Below are positions 8,058-16,508 of a DNA stretch of 31,377 nucleotides, piece after piece. Within the stretch, counting starts at the first letter, position 1. Each line of letters opens with the position of its first letter. The notes beneath the pieces were generated by a model, which made no database searches, had not been told where the DNA came from, and saw only the letters and a program-made list of their open reading frames with translations. The translations under genes were made by a program, and so were the position numbers. This DNA is from a virus, in the UHGV virus genome UHGV-0092341. One strand, given 5' to 3'.

Positions 8058-8460
8058 GATGCACTCCTTAAATGATGATTTTTATGTACTCACCGGCAAA
8101 ATATTCTGCCGATTACTGAACACGCATCCGGCACCTCAGGTTTTGATTTATTCTGGTTTTTTCGATATCCCGGACCAGGTTGATCACGACCAGAAAAAGT
8201 GCCGGTATTTTATTGATACGCTGATATGGCTTCGGGATAACAGCTATATTCGTTACTCTCAGTTGCTGGCTGTGGGAGCGGCTGATGTCGTCCTCACGGA
8301 AAAAACGCTCTGTCTGCTCAATGCCATGCCGACCTTTCTGCAGCCCCGGCCCGTACCATTTAAAGAGTTGCTTCTGGATGCAGTAAAAACCGGCGAAAAT
8401 GCAGTCATCGCTGAATGCGTATCCCGGATTATGCGTTACGTGTTTAATGAACGTAAGTGA
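8056..8460 (+). CDS. hypothetical protein (134 aa), AT-rich, nested antisense between two minus-strand genes
   Basis: Only long ORF across 8058-8435. Start codon overlaps the divergent 71-aa gene start; 3' end overlaps the P-loop gene 3' end by 25 nt. About 39% GC over the first 105 nt (hand count). Weak RBS. Confidence 0.45.
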   Translation: MMHSLNDDFYVLTGKIFCRLLNTHPAPQVLIYSGFFDIPDQVDHDQKKCRYFIDTLIWLRDNSYIRYSQLLAVGAADVVLTEKTLCLLNAMPTFLQPRPVPFKELLLDAVKTGENAVIAECVSRIMRYVFNERK

Positions 8461-9179
8461 GGTTTATCTGCTGTCTGCATAATCCCGATAGCCAGTGCGA
8501 GGGGAAGTAATTCCGGGGAAACTCTTTCAAACAGCGATGCCCATTCTCCTCTCGCCATCACTCTGTCCAGTCCGCCCCCCAGCTGCATTTCAGCAATCTT
8601 CCTGATTTCCCGGAACAACGCCGCTTTGATCTCTTCATGCTCAGCTTTATTTTCCGGTGTCAGAATGTATTCGTCGAAGAACCGGGGAAGCTGGTTAACG
8701 GGGATTGTGTTCACCGGGAGGTGTTCCTGCTTCCCGTACTTCGGGGCCGAAAAACATTCTGTTGGCTGACCGGTGAGTTTACGTAACTCCTTCATGAGCA
8801 GTTCCTGATCGTAAACTGTCATCAGTGCCGCAATGGTGGCATGCAGTGCATCGGGCAGTATCCAGGGTTGTCGGCCCGTGGGGCATATAACATCCAGCAG
8901 CTCATTCGTCCGACAGATACGCTCCTCGCCGTATGACAACAGGTCCTGTCCTGTGTATTCCTCCAGCCTGATCACTGTGCCAGCCCGTGGCTTCTGCCAG
9001 GTCGTCAGATCATCGCCACTCATACGGCGCTCATTCTCCACGTCAGCAGCATCGACAATGACGCTGTTTCCGAGTTCCTGTTTCACCACTTCCTCTATCC
9101 GCGCCAGTACGTAACTTTTACCGCTGCCCACAGGACCGGACACGGTGACAGTGATGACCGGATTCAGTGTATGTGTCAT
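8436..9179 (-). CDS. P-loop NTPase/kinase-like protein (247 aa), function unknown
   Basis: Walker A GPVGSGKS at residues 15-22, candidate Walker B VIVDAAD about 20 residues later; SD GAGGAG 8 nt upstream; divergent from late operon. Confidence 0.65.
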   Translation of the reverse strand: MTHTLNPVITVTVSGPVGSGKSYVLARIEEVVKQELGNSVIVDAADVENERRMSGDDLTTWQKPRAGTVIRLEEYTGQDLLSYGEERICRTNELLDVICPTGRQPWILPDALHATIAALMTVYDQELLMKELRKLTGQPTECFSAPKYGKQEHLPVNTIPVNQLPRFFDEYILTPENKAEHEEIKAALFREIRKIAEMQLGGGLDRVMARGEWASLFERVSPELLPLALAIGIMQTADKPHLRSLNT

Positions 9180-9237
9180 GTTGCATTCTCCTCTGTGAAT
9201 AATTCATCGTTTATCCTGCACATCCCGTATCCCCGGC

Positions 9238-9288
9238 TCTCTTAACGCGCTTTAAAATCCTTCGCGCCCTGTATTTGTGATGCTGTCT
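9238..9288 (+). promoter_or_regulatory. candidate late promoter P-lys (conserved bipartite motif, copy 1)
   Basis: TCTCTTAA-N4-CTTTAAAATC-N20-ATGCTGTCT, ending 22 nt before the first late gene; same architecture at three other sites. Confidence 0.5.
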
Positions 9289-9309
9289 CCACCAGACAAG
9301 GAGACACAC

Positions 9310-9660
9310 ATGAAAAACCTGAAAAAATTCATTCCCCCTGTTAAAAAACCTCGCCTCAGCGGCTGGCTGCTGACCTCAGTGCTGTTGCTGGGCACCATCG
9401 CTCTGGTCTCGCCACAGCAGTTGCCTGTTGTGATCTACAAGCTGGCACTCATCACGCTGGCAGCAGTGCTGGGTTACTGGCTTGACCGTTCGCTCTTCCC
9501 TAAAGCCCGTCCCGGTCAGTACCTGAAACATGAAGACAGGCTGATGGCTGATGGGCGTTTCCCTGTACAGACCGGCCTTCACCTGGTGTTTTCTGCTGCG
9601 TTAATCCGCCGTGCACTGATTGTTGCAGCAGTCTGTCTGGCCGTAGCGATGGGGCTTTAA
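9310..9660 (+). CDS. holin-like membrane protein (three predicted TM segments)
   Basis: SD AAGGAG before ATG 9310; three hydrophobic helices; first gene of lysis cassette, stop overlaps endolysin start. Confidence 0.55.
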   Translation: MKNLKKFIPPVKKPRLSGWLLTSVLLLGTIALVSPQQLPVVIYKLALITLAAVLGYWLDRSLFPKARPGQYLKHEDRLMADGRFPVQTGLHLVFSAALIRRALIVAAVCLAVAMGL

Positions 9661-10403
9661 TGATGACTATTTATATGTACTGGCCTCAGGTTGTCTGGGC
9701 CGTGCTGGTATTGCTGGGGCTGGGCAGCGAACTGGCCCGCCACGGGCAGGCCCAAACGGGTAAGCACAGTTTCTGGTGGCGGCTCTTTGGTTCAGTAACA
9801 GTAGCCTGGCTGCTCTGGTGTGGCGGCTTCTTCAGTCAGGCCCGCGCAGCGCAGCCTCCGCAGGCTGCGCTGCAGTATCGCGATGATGTGATCCGTAATG
9901 CCCGGCTTGAATGGGGACTGTCTGCGCCGGTGGCCGATTTCGCTGCGCAACTGCATCAGGAAAGCGGCTGGCGACCTGATGCGGTCTCGCCGGTTGGTGC
10001 TCAGGGACTGGCGCAGTTCATGCCCGCCACTGCTGACTGGATAAGTCAGCTGATGCCGGGGCTTAACAGCCGTGAGCCGTTTAATCCGGCATGGGCCATC
10101 CGGGCGCTGGTCAGCTATGACCGCTGGCTGTGGCAGCGCGTCAGCGCCGCCAACGACTGCGAACGTATGGCCATGACACTGTCGGGCTATAACGGTGGTC
10201 TGGGCTGGGTACAACGGGACAGGCAGCTAGCATCACAGAAAGGCCTGGACAGCACCCGCTGGTTCGGGCATGTCGCCACGGTGAATGCCGGACGCAATGC
10301 TGCCAGCTGGCGGGAGAACCGCCATTATCCACAACGCATCCTGCACGAGCTGGCACCGCGATATCTCACATGGGGAGGCTGCAGCTGTGTGGCATCTGGT
10401 TAA
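9660..10403 (+). CDS. endolysin, lytic transglycosylase (SLT domain) with N-terminal hydrophobic segments
   Basis: SLT motifs QESGW, GLAQFMPATA, SGYNGG; N-terminal ~70 aa carry two hydrophobic stretches. Confidence 0.8.
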   Translation: MMTIYMYWPQVVWAVLVLLGLGSELARHGQAQTGKHSFWWRLFGSVTVAWLLWCGGFFSQARAAQPPQAALQYRDDVIRNARLEWGLSAPVADFAAQLHQESGWRPDAVSPVGAQGLAQFMPATADWISQLMPGLNSREPFNPAWAIRALVSYDRWLWQRVSAANDCERMAMTLSGYNGGLGWVQRDRQLASQKGLDSTRWFGHVATVNAGRNAASWRENRHYPQRILHELAPRYLTWGGCSCVASG

Positions 10404-11037
10404 AAATCTACCGTGGCGCGGCATTCTGCTGGCCATTCTTATCAATGCCTTTCTGGTCGGCCTGTATGCCATGGGATACAGAAGTGGTCATGACTCTGCA
10501 AAGCGTGACGGTGATGCCGCGCTAAGTCAGTTGCAGTCAGCATTTGACGCGTACAAAACGGAGCAGGCAACGCTTGAGAATGCTGCGCTGCGGGCCTGGG
10601 CCAGACGGTATCAGGAGCAGGTGGCCGCCGGGCAGCAGGCTGAAGCCGGTTACCTTGAGCAGATTGCTCAACTGGAGAGCCGGAACAAACAACTACAGGG
10701 GCAAATTAACGATGTCACACAGCGCTGGATTGATGAAAAAGGTAAGAGCCATCCCATTGAGTGCGTGTTTACTCGCGGTTTCGTGCGCCAGTACAACGCT
10801 GCACTCGGATATGACAACGCATCCGTCGACACCGGTCATTCAGACTCAGTTGCCGCCGCTGGCACCCGCTCTGGCACAGCGACCGGGCAACCTGAAACCG
10901 CTGATACCCGGTTACGCGATTCGGGTGTCTCCCAGCGTGACGTTCTCGCCAACATCATCGACAACGCAGGGCAATGTCGTCGCTGGCGAAACCAGATAAA
11001 CGCGCTGCTGGATGAACGGGAAGGATTACAGAAATGA
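10387..11037 (+). CDS. i-spanin (Rz-like): N-terminal TM plus coiled-coil periplasmic domain
   Basis: GTG start 10387 preceded by GGAGG (8-nt spacer); TM segment then long helical region; fully contains a lipoprotein ORF in the +1 frame. Confidence 0.55.
   Translation: MWHLVKNLPWRGILLAILINAFLVGLYAMGYRSGHDSAKRDGDAALSQLQSAFDAYKTEQATLENAALRAWARRYQEQVAAGQQAEAGYLEQIAQLESRNKQLQGQINDVTQRWIDEKGKSHPIECVFTRGFVRQYNAALGYDNASVDTGHSDSVAAAGTRSGTATGQPETADTRLRDSGVSQRDVLANIIDNAGQCRRWRNQINALLDEREGLQK
10733..10999 (+). CDS. o-spanin (Rz1-like) outer-membrane lipoprotein, embedded in i-spanin gene
   Basis: MKKVRAIPLSAC... signal peptide with lipobox-like LSAC / AVSC; proline-rich mature part; entirely inside 10387-11037 in another frame. 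Confidence 0.6.
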   Translation: MKKVRAIPLSACLLAVSCASTTLHSDMTTHPSTPVIQTQLPPLAPALAQRPGNLKPLIPGYAIRVSPSVTFSPTSSTTQGNVVAGETR

Positions 11038-11360
11038 CACTGCAGGTTGAATTCTGGACGGTGGTGAGTTTTCTGCTCACCTTCATGGGGTTTGTTGGAG
11101 GGCTCGCCAAATGGTTGTTCAGTAAAACAGAAGAACGCCAGGCGGCACGATTCGCCTCCCTTGAACAGGCCCTGCAACAGTCCGCCTCCAACTGGGGCGA
11201 GCTGGAAAAGGAATTTATGCGATTTAAAGCGGATTTACCGCTGAATTATGTCCGTCGCGAGGATTATATCCGTGGCCAGACAGTCATTGAAGCCAAACTG
11301 GACGCGCTTTACAACAAACTGGAAGTGGTACAACAGTACCGCAATACCGGAGGTCAATAA
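11034..11360 (+). CDS. small membrane-anchored protein (108 aa)
   Basis: N-terminal TM segment then helical region; ATG overlaps spanin stop. Confidence 0.5.
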   Translation: MTLQVEFWTVVSFLLTFMGFVGGLAKWLFSKTEERQAARFASLEQALQQSASNWGELEKEFMRFKADLPLNYVRREDYIRGQTVIEAKLDALYNKLEVVQQYRNTGGQ

Positions 11361-11671
11361 TGGTCGATATTATCCGTGTGCGCCGCGAATCCCTGCGCTG
11401 GAGTCTGCTGGTTGCCCTGAACAAAACCCGCCCTTACACCGCCAGCGAGACGCTGCTGCTGGACGTGTCCCGTGCCATCTACCCGGACACCACGCAACTG
11501 GAGCTGCGCCGTGAGCTTGATTACCTGGCAGATCGCAAAATGGTGGAGCTGGAGAAGAGACCGTCCGGTGACTGGTTTGCCGATCTGAGTCGCCTTGGTG
11601 TGGATATTGTGGAATACACCGTGGAATGCGGCCCCGGTATTGCCCGCCCGGAAAAATACTGGAGTGAATGA
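11360..11671 (+). CDS. hypothetical late protein (103 aa)
   Basis: ORF in track; overlapping start/stop with neighbours; position between lysis genes and terminase. Confidence 0.5.
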   Translation: MVDIIRVRRESLRWSLLVALNKTRPYTASETLLLDVSRAIYPDTTQLELRRELDYLADRKMVELEKRPSGDWFADLSRLGVDIVEYTVECGPGIARPEKYWSE

Positions 11672-12222
11672 TTATGGGACGTCGCAGCAGCATTGATTCT
11701 CTCCCGACAGAAGTACGCCGCTGGCTGGAGCGGGCGCTGACGGAGAATAACTTCAGTGGATATGCCCGGCTGGAAGCCCTGCTGAAGGAGAAGGGATACG
11801 TCATCACCCGCTCTTCCCTGCAGCGGTTTGGCTACAAAATGGAGCGACAACTGGCCCGCATCCGCGCCGCCACCGAGGCCGCGCGTCTGATGGCGCAGGA
11901 AGCCGGTGACGAGGCGGACGATCGTTCTGCCGGGATGATGGCACTGATTCAGACCGAGATGCTGGATGTTCTGATGCGTCTGCAGGAAATCGGGGAAAGT
12001 GATGATCCTGCAAAACGCGCAAAACTGCTGGCCACTGCTTCAGAAAGTATTGCCACTCTGGTACGGGCTTCGGTGACCCACAAACGATTCCGGGCCGAGG
12101 TGCTGGCAAAAATTGAGGCGCGGATGAATGCTCTGGAAAAACAGGCGAAGTCCGGCGACACCCGCCTGAGTCTGGAAACCCTGAAGATGGTGCGGGAACA
12201 GATTTACGGGGTGATCTCATGA
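11668..12222 (+). CDS. putative terminase small subunit (Mu gp27-like)
   Basis: 184 aa, immediately upstream of and overlapping large terminase; helical, basic N-terminus. Confidence 0.55.
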   Translation: MIMGRRSSIDSLPTEVRRWLERALTENNFSGYARLEALLKEKGYVITRSSLQRFGYKMERQLARIRAATEAARLMAQEAGDEADDRSAGMMALIQTEMLDVLMRLQEIGESDDPAKRAKLLATASESIATLVRASVTHKRFRAEVLAKIEARMNALEKQAKSGDTRLSLETLKMVREQIYGVIS

Positions 12223-13535
12223 CAGCAGCCATTCAGCTGTATCCCTACCAGCAGACGTGGTTTCTGGATCGTGCCCGTTTCAAGATTGGTATGTTTGCCC
12301 GCCAGACGGGCAAGACGTTCACCACCACGCTGGAACTGGTTGACGACTGTTTTGAAACGGAGGCATCAGGGGGACGCACACGCTGGGTGATCCTCTCGCG
12401 TGGGGAACGTCAGGCAAAAGAAGCCATGGTGGAGGGGGTGAAAAAACACTGCAGTGCCTACCGGATGGCGGCCCGTGAGGTGGAAAGTTATTACCGTGCT
12501 GAAAGCGGCGAACGCTACACCATGCTTGAGGTGGAGTTACCCGGTGGCTCCCGTATCACGGCCCTGCCGGCGAATCCCGACACGGCCCGTGGTTTTGCAG
12601 CCAATGTCTTTCTGGATGAGTTTGCCTTCCATGCTGACAGCCGCAAAATCTGGACCGCCCTGTTTCCGGTCATTTCCAACGGCTACAGACTGCGGGTAAC
12701 GTCGACACCGAACGGCAAGGGCAACAAGTTTTATGAACTGATGACCAGCAGCGCCCTTGAAAATGTCTGGTCACGTCACATCGTGGATATTTACCGTGCT
12801 GTGCACGATGGCCTGCCGCGTGATATTGCGCAGATGCGGCAGGCTCTCAATGATGATGATGCCTGGGCGCAGGAATTTGAACTGAAGTGGCTGGATGAGG
12901 CATCGGCCTGGCTGACGTTTGAACTGATTGACGGCGTGGAGCACGATGCTGCCGGGCTGGCGATGCACTATACGGGTGGCCCCTGCTTTGTGGGAGTGGA
13001 TATTGCTGTCCGTAATGATCTGTTTGTGATCTGGGTGCTTGAACAGGTGGGGGATATCTACTGGACCCGGGAAATCATCACCCGTAAACGGGCCACATTT
13101 GCTGAGCAGGATGCTTTGCTGGATGACGTATTTTTCCGTTACCGCGTGCTGCGCTGCTGTATGGATCAGACCGGGATGGGAGAAAAGCCGGTGGAGGATG
13201 CACAGGGTCGCCATGGCAGAAGCCGTGTGGAGGGGGTGATATTTAACAGCCCGAACAAGCTCACCCTCGCGACCCGTGGCAGGGAGATGTTTGAGGACCG
13301 CCGCCTGCGTATTCCGGCGGGAGATGTGGTCCTGCGCAGTGATCTGCATAAACTTCGCAAGGTTACCGGGCCTACCGGAACTCCCCGCTTTGTGGCCGAA
13401 AGTGATGCAGCAGGTCACGCCGACCGCACATGGGCCTGTTTTCTGGCAATAAACGCCACTGACGGACCGTCAGGGCCGGTGATGGCCCGTTCGCGTCACC
13501 GCCGTGAGGCTGGTCATATACTGGAGGGATTCTGA
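12219..13535 (+). CDS. terminase large subunit (Mu gp28-like)
   Basis: 438 aa; Walker A-like FARQTGKTF near N-terminus; followed by portal. Confidence 0.8.
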   Translation: MTAAIQLYPYQQTWFLDRARFKIGMFARQTGKTFTTTLELVDDCFETEASGGRTRWVILSRGERQAKEAMVEGVKKHCSAYRMAAREVESYYRAESGERYTMLEVELPGGSRITALPANPDTARGFAANVFLDEFAFHADSRKIWTALFPVISNGYRLRVTSTPNGKGNKFYELMTSSALENVWSRHIVDIYRAVHDGLPRDIAQMRQALNDDDAWAQEFELKWLDEASAWLTFELIDGVEHDAAGLAMHYTGGPCFVGVDIAVRNDLFVIWVLEQVGDIYWTREIITRKRATFAEQDALLDDVFFRYRVLRCCMDQTGMGEKPVEDAQGRHGRSRVEGVIFNSPNKLTLATRGREMFEDRRLRIPAGDVVLRSDLHKLRKVTGPTGTPRFVAESDAAGHADRTWACFLAINATDGPSGPVMARSRHRREAGHILEGF

Positions 13536-15031
13536 TGGCGAGGGGGATCTGGGTTTCACCCGATGAATTTGTTGCTTTTTCTGAGCCTCAGAAATCACTG
13601 ACCGCGCAGATTGCCTCCCGCAGCCGCGCGATCGACTTTTACGGACTGGGCATGTATCTGCCCAATCCTGATCCCATTCTCAAGGCTCAGGGACGGGATA
13701 TCCGTATCTACCGCGAACTGCGCACCGACCCGCTGGTTGGGGGCTGTATCCGCAGACGTAAAGCAGCGCTCAAATCACTGGAGCGTGGACTGGAGCGCGG
13801 TCACGCTTCTGCCCGGGTCTTCCGTTTCATCCGCGACATGCTCGACGATCTGGATCTGTCCCGCATCATCGGTGAGATGAGTGATGCCGTGCTCTACGGG
13901 TATCAGCCCTGTGAAATCATGTGGGGCCGTTCGGTCAGGGCGTGGGCAGTGACGGATATTGTCGGCAAACCGCCTGAGTGGTTTCAGTTTGATACGGACA
14001 ACTGCCTGCGCTTCCGGGCGCGTGATGCGGGTGTGGAGGGTGAGCTGCTGTCACCGTCAAAATTCGTGGTGCCGGCACAGGATGCCTCGTATGACAATCC
14101 TTACGGTTTCCCGGACCTGTCCATGTGCTTCTGGCCGGTCGCCTTCAAGAAAGGCGGGATGAAATTCTGGCTCCGCTTTGCCGAAAAGTTTGGCTCCCCG
14201 TGGGTGATCGGTAAACACCCGAGGGGTGCAAATGATGCAGAGATTGAAAAACTGCTGGACTCCATGGAGCAGATGGTGGAGGACGCGGTGGCCGCCATCC
14301 CCGATGACAGCAGCATCGAACTCAAAGCCGCGGATGGTAAGGCGGACAGCAGCGAGGTATTCCGCGAGCTGATCACACTGTCACGCAGTGAGATCTCCAT
14401 TGCATTACTTGGTCAGAATCAGACCACGGAAGCGAACAGTAACAAGGCCTCTGCACAGGCCGGGCTGGAGGTAACGGCTGATATCCGCGATGCGGATGCG
14501 GACATCATTCAGGCAGCAGTGAATCAGGTTATCAGAACGGTGGTCACCCTGAACTTCGGCGATGTGCCGTGTCCGGTCTGGGCCATGTGGGAACAGGAGA
14601 CCATTGATGACACCCGCGCCACCCGCGACGAAAAACTCACCCGGGCGGGTCTGCGTCTGACCCCGCAATACTTTAAGCGTGAGTACCAACTGCAGGACGG
14701 CGATATTGACGAGACATCACCGTCGGAACGCCAGAATAACATGCTGCCGCTGTCATTTGCCGAGGCGATTGATGCCGATATTCAGGCTCAGCAGCAGCTT
14801 GACGACGCGCTGGACATTCTGATGAACGGAGGTGTGTTAAATGGCACGCTGGAACCCGTCCTGGCACCTCTGTTTAAGCGGGTCGAAAACGGGGTTAACC
14901 CGACTGAGCTGCTGGGCGAACTGGCGGAGCTCTACCCTCAGATGAACACGGACGATCTGCAGGAACGGCTGGCCCGTATTCTCTTTGTGGCAAATATCTG
15001 GGGACGTCTGCATGAGCGTGACAACGGCTGA
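13535..15031 (+). CDS. portal protein (Mu gp29-like)
   Basis: 498 aa, directly after large terminase; conserved order terminase-portal-F. Confidence 0.75.
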   Translation: MARGIWVSPDEFVAFSEPQKSLTAQIASRSRAIDFYGLGMYLPNPDPILKAQGRDIRIYRELRTDPLVGGCIRRRKAALKSLERGLERGHASARVFRFIRDMLDDLDLSRIIGEMSDAVLYGYQPCEIMWGRSVRAWAVTDIVGKPPEWFQFDTDNCLRFRARDAGVEGELLSPSKFVVPAQDASYDNPYGFPDLSMCFWPVAFKKGGMKFWLRFAEKFGSPWVIGKHPRGANDAEIEKLLDSMEQMVEDAVAAIPDDSSIELKAADGKADSSEVFRELITLSRSEISIALLGQNQTTEANSNKASAQAGLEVTADIRDADADIIQAAVNQVIRTVVTLNFGDVPCPVWAMWEQETIDDTRATRDEKLTRAGLRLTPQYFKREYQLQDGDIDETSPSERQNNMLPLSFAEAIDADIQAQQQLDDALDILMNGGVLNGTLEPVLAPLFKRVENGVNPTELLGELAELYPQMNTDDLQERLARILFVANIWGRLHERDNG

Positions 15032-15833
15032 ACTGGCGTACTGCATGACGCTTCCCCCGAAGCGGGCAGTCAGTTACCTGAAGTCCAAAGGGTATCAGAT
15101 TACCTGGGACTGGGAAGAAATGTGGCAGGAGGCCCATGCCCGCGCCTTTACCGTTGCTAAAGTGACCCGCCTGGATATCCTGGAAGATATTCGCGGGGCA
15201 CTGCAGCAGGCTGTCGATGAAGGAAAAACCGATCGCTGGTTCCGGCAGGAGCTGGAGCCGGTGCTGAAGCGTAAGGGATGGTGGGGACCACGTGACACGA
15301 CTGACCCGGTAACGGGTAAGCCGGTCACCATTCAGCAGGGCAGTCCGTGGCGGCTCGATACCATCTTTCGCACCAATATGTCCGTACTCTACAGCGCCGG
15401 TCGTTGGGCGGAACAGATGGAAAACGTCGACGACAGGCCGTACTGGATGTATACCGGCATCAACGACAGCCATACCCGCAGGAGCCATCTGGCGCTGCAT
15501 GGTCTGGTGCTGCGCTGGGATGACCCGTTCTGGCAGGCATTTTACCCGCCGAACGGCTGGCGCTGCCGCTGTAGTGTGATTGCCCTGAGTGCGGCGGATG
15601 TACGTGCCCGTGGCCTGAAGGTTATCAGCTCCGGCTCTGCCATGGGCCAGGAACTGAAACTGGTCTCAGAGAAAACCGGCGAAATGCGGAACGTGGCCAC
15701 CTTTAATACCGGCACCACGAAGGTGACCACCGACGTCGGCTGGTCTTATGCACCGGGGGCAGCATACCGTCCCGACCTGGCCCGCTATCAGGGTACGCTT
15801 CAGCCACTGGCACAACAGGAACTGAGAGGATAA
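15012..15833 (+). CDS. head morphogenesis protein (Mu F-like)
   Basis: Follows portal; start uncertain (ATG 15012 or 15045; track gives 14985). Confidence 0.65.
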   Translation: MSVTTAELAYCMTLPPKRAVSYLKSKGYQITWDWEEMWQEAHARAFTVAKVTRLDILEDIRGALQQAVDEGKTDRWFRQELEPVLKRKGWWGPRDTTDPVTGKPVTIQQGSPWRLDTIFRTNMSVLYSAGRWAEQMENVDDRPYWMYTGINDSHTRRSHLALHGLVLRWDDPFWQAFYPPNGWRCRCSVIALSAADVRARGLKVISSGSAMGQELKLVSEKTGEMRNVATFNTGTTKVTTDVGWSYAPGAAYRPDLARYQGTLQPLAQQELRG

Positions 15834-15835
15834 CA

Positions 15836-16294
15836 ATGGCTTCCGATAACCTGGTCAGTATCACCATTAACGATAAATCCCTGCGCCGGAGCCTCCGTGC
15901 GCTGGATCTTGCTGCCACAGACCTGGAGCCCGCGATGCGCAAAATCGCCGGAACCCTGCTGGCGGAAACACAGTTTAACTTTCTTGATGAGGGGCGTCCG
16001 GGGTGGATCCCCTCGCTGGCAGCGGAAGAACGTGACGGGCAGACACTGCAGGATACCGGGCGTCTGATGGGGTCAGTATCAACCGACCATGACGACCGGC
16101 AGGCTGTTGTGGGGACCAACGTTGTTTACGGTGCCATTCACCAGTTCGGGGGTAAAACGGGGCGTAATGAGTCTGTTGAACTTCCGGCCCGCCCGTTCCT
16201 GCCGGTGACGGGGGATGGAGAACTACAGCCTGAAGTGGTAATCCCCATCCTCGATACCATTGTCCGCCATCTTGAATCAGCGGCCCGTCGCTGA
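15836..16294 (+). CDS. virion morphogenesis protein (Mu G-like)
   Basis: 152 aa, directly after F-like gene; followed by a 214-bp gap containing a late-promoter motif. Confidence 0.6.
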   Translation: MASDNLVSITINDKSLRRSLRALDLAATDLEPAMRKIAGTLLAETQFNFLDEGRPGWIPSLAAEERDGQTLQDTGRLMGSVSTDHDDRQAVVGTNVVYGAIHQFGGKTGRNESVELPARPFLPVTGDGELQPEVVIPILDTIVRHLESAARR

Positions 16295-16431
16295 GTTTTC
16301 TCTCTTCAGGCGGGTGATTTATCATTGCCAGCGAATGAGGGGCTGTATTACCTTTATAAAGGCTTTACAGCCTCTGTTTTATAACCGCCTCCGGTTCACC
16401 GCATTGCTTTCCCTGTCCTTCTCCCCTGATG

Positions 16432-16482
16432 TTTTCTAAAGCAGATTAAAATCGCCGGGCCTGCATTTCTCACAAACTGTCT
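16432..16482 (+). promoter_or_regulatory. candidate late promoter P-I (conserved bipartite motif, copy 2)
   Basis: TTTTCTAA-N4-GATTAAAATC-N20-AAACTGTCT, ending 27 nt before ATG 16509; upstream half weaker than other copies. Confidence 0.45.
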
Positions 16483-16508
16483 CCGACAACATAACGCGGG
16501 ACAGCAAA

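Noticed and set aside
12771-13418. 215-aa minus-strand ORF inside the large terminase gene
   Set aside because: Antisense to a conserved structural gene; no RBS, no motif.
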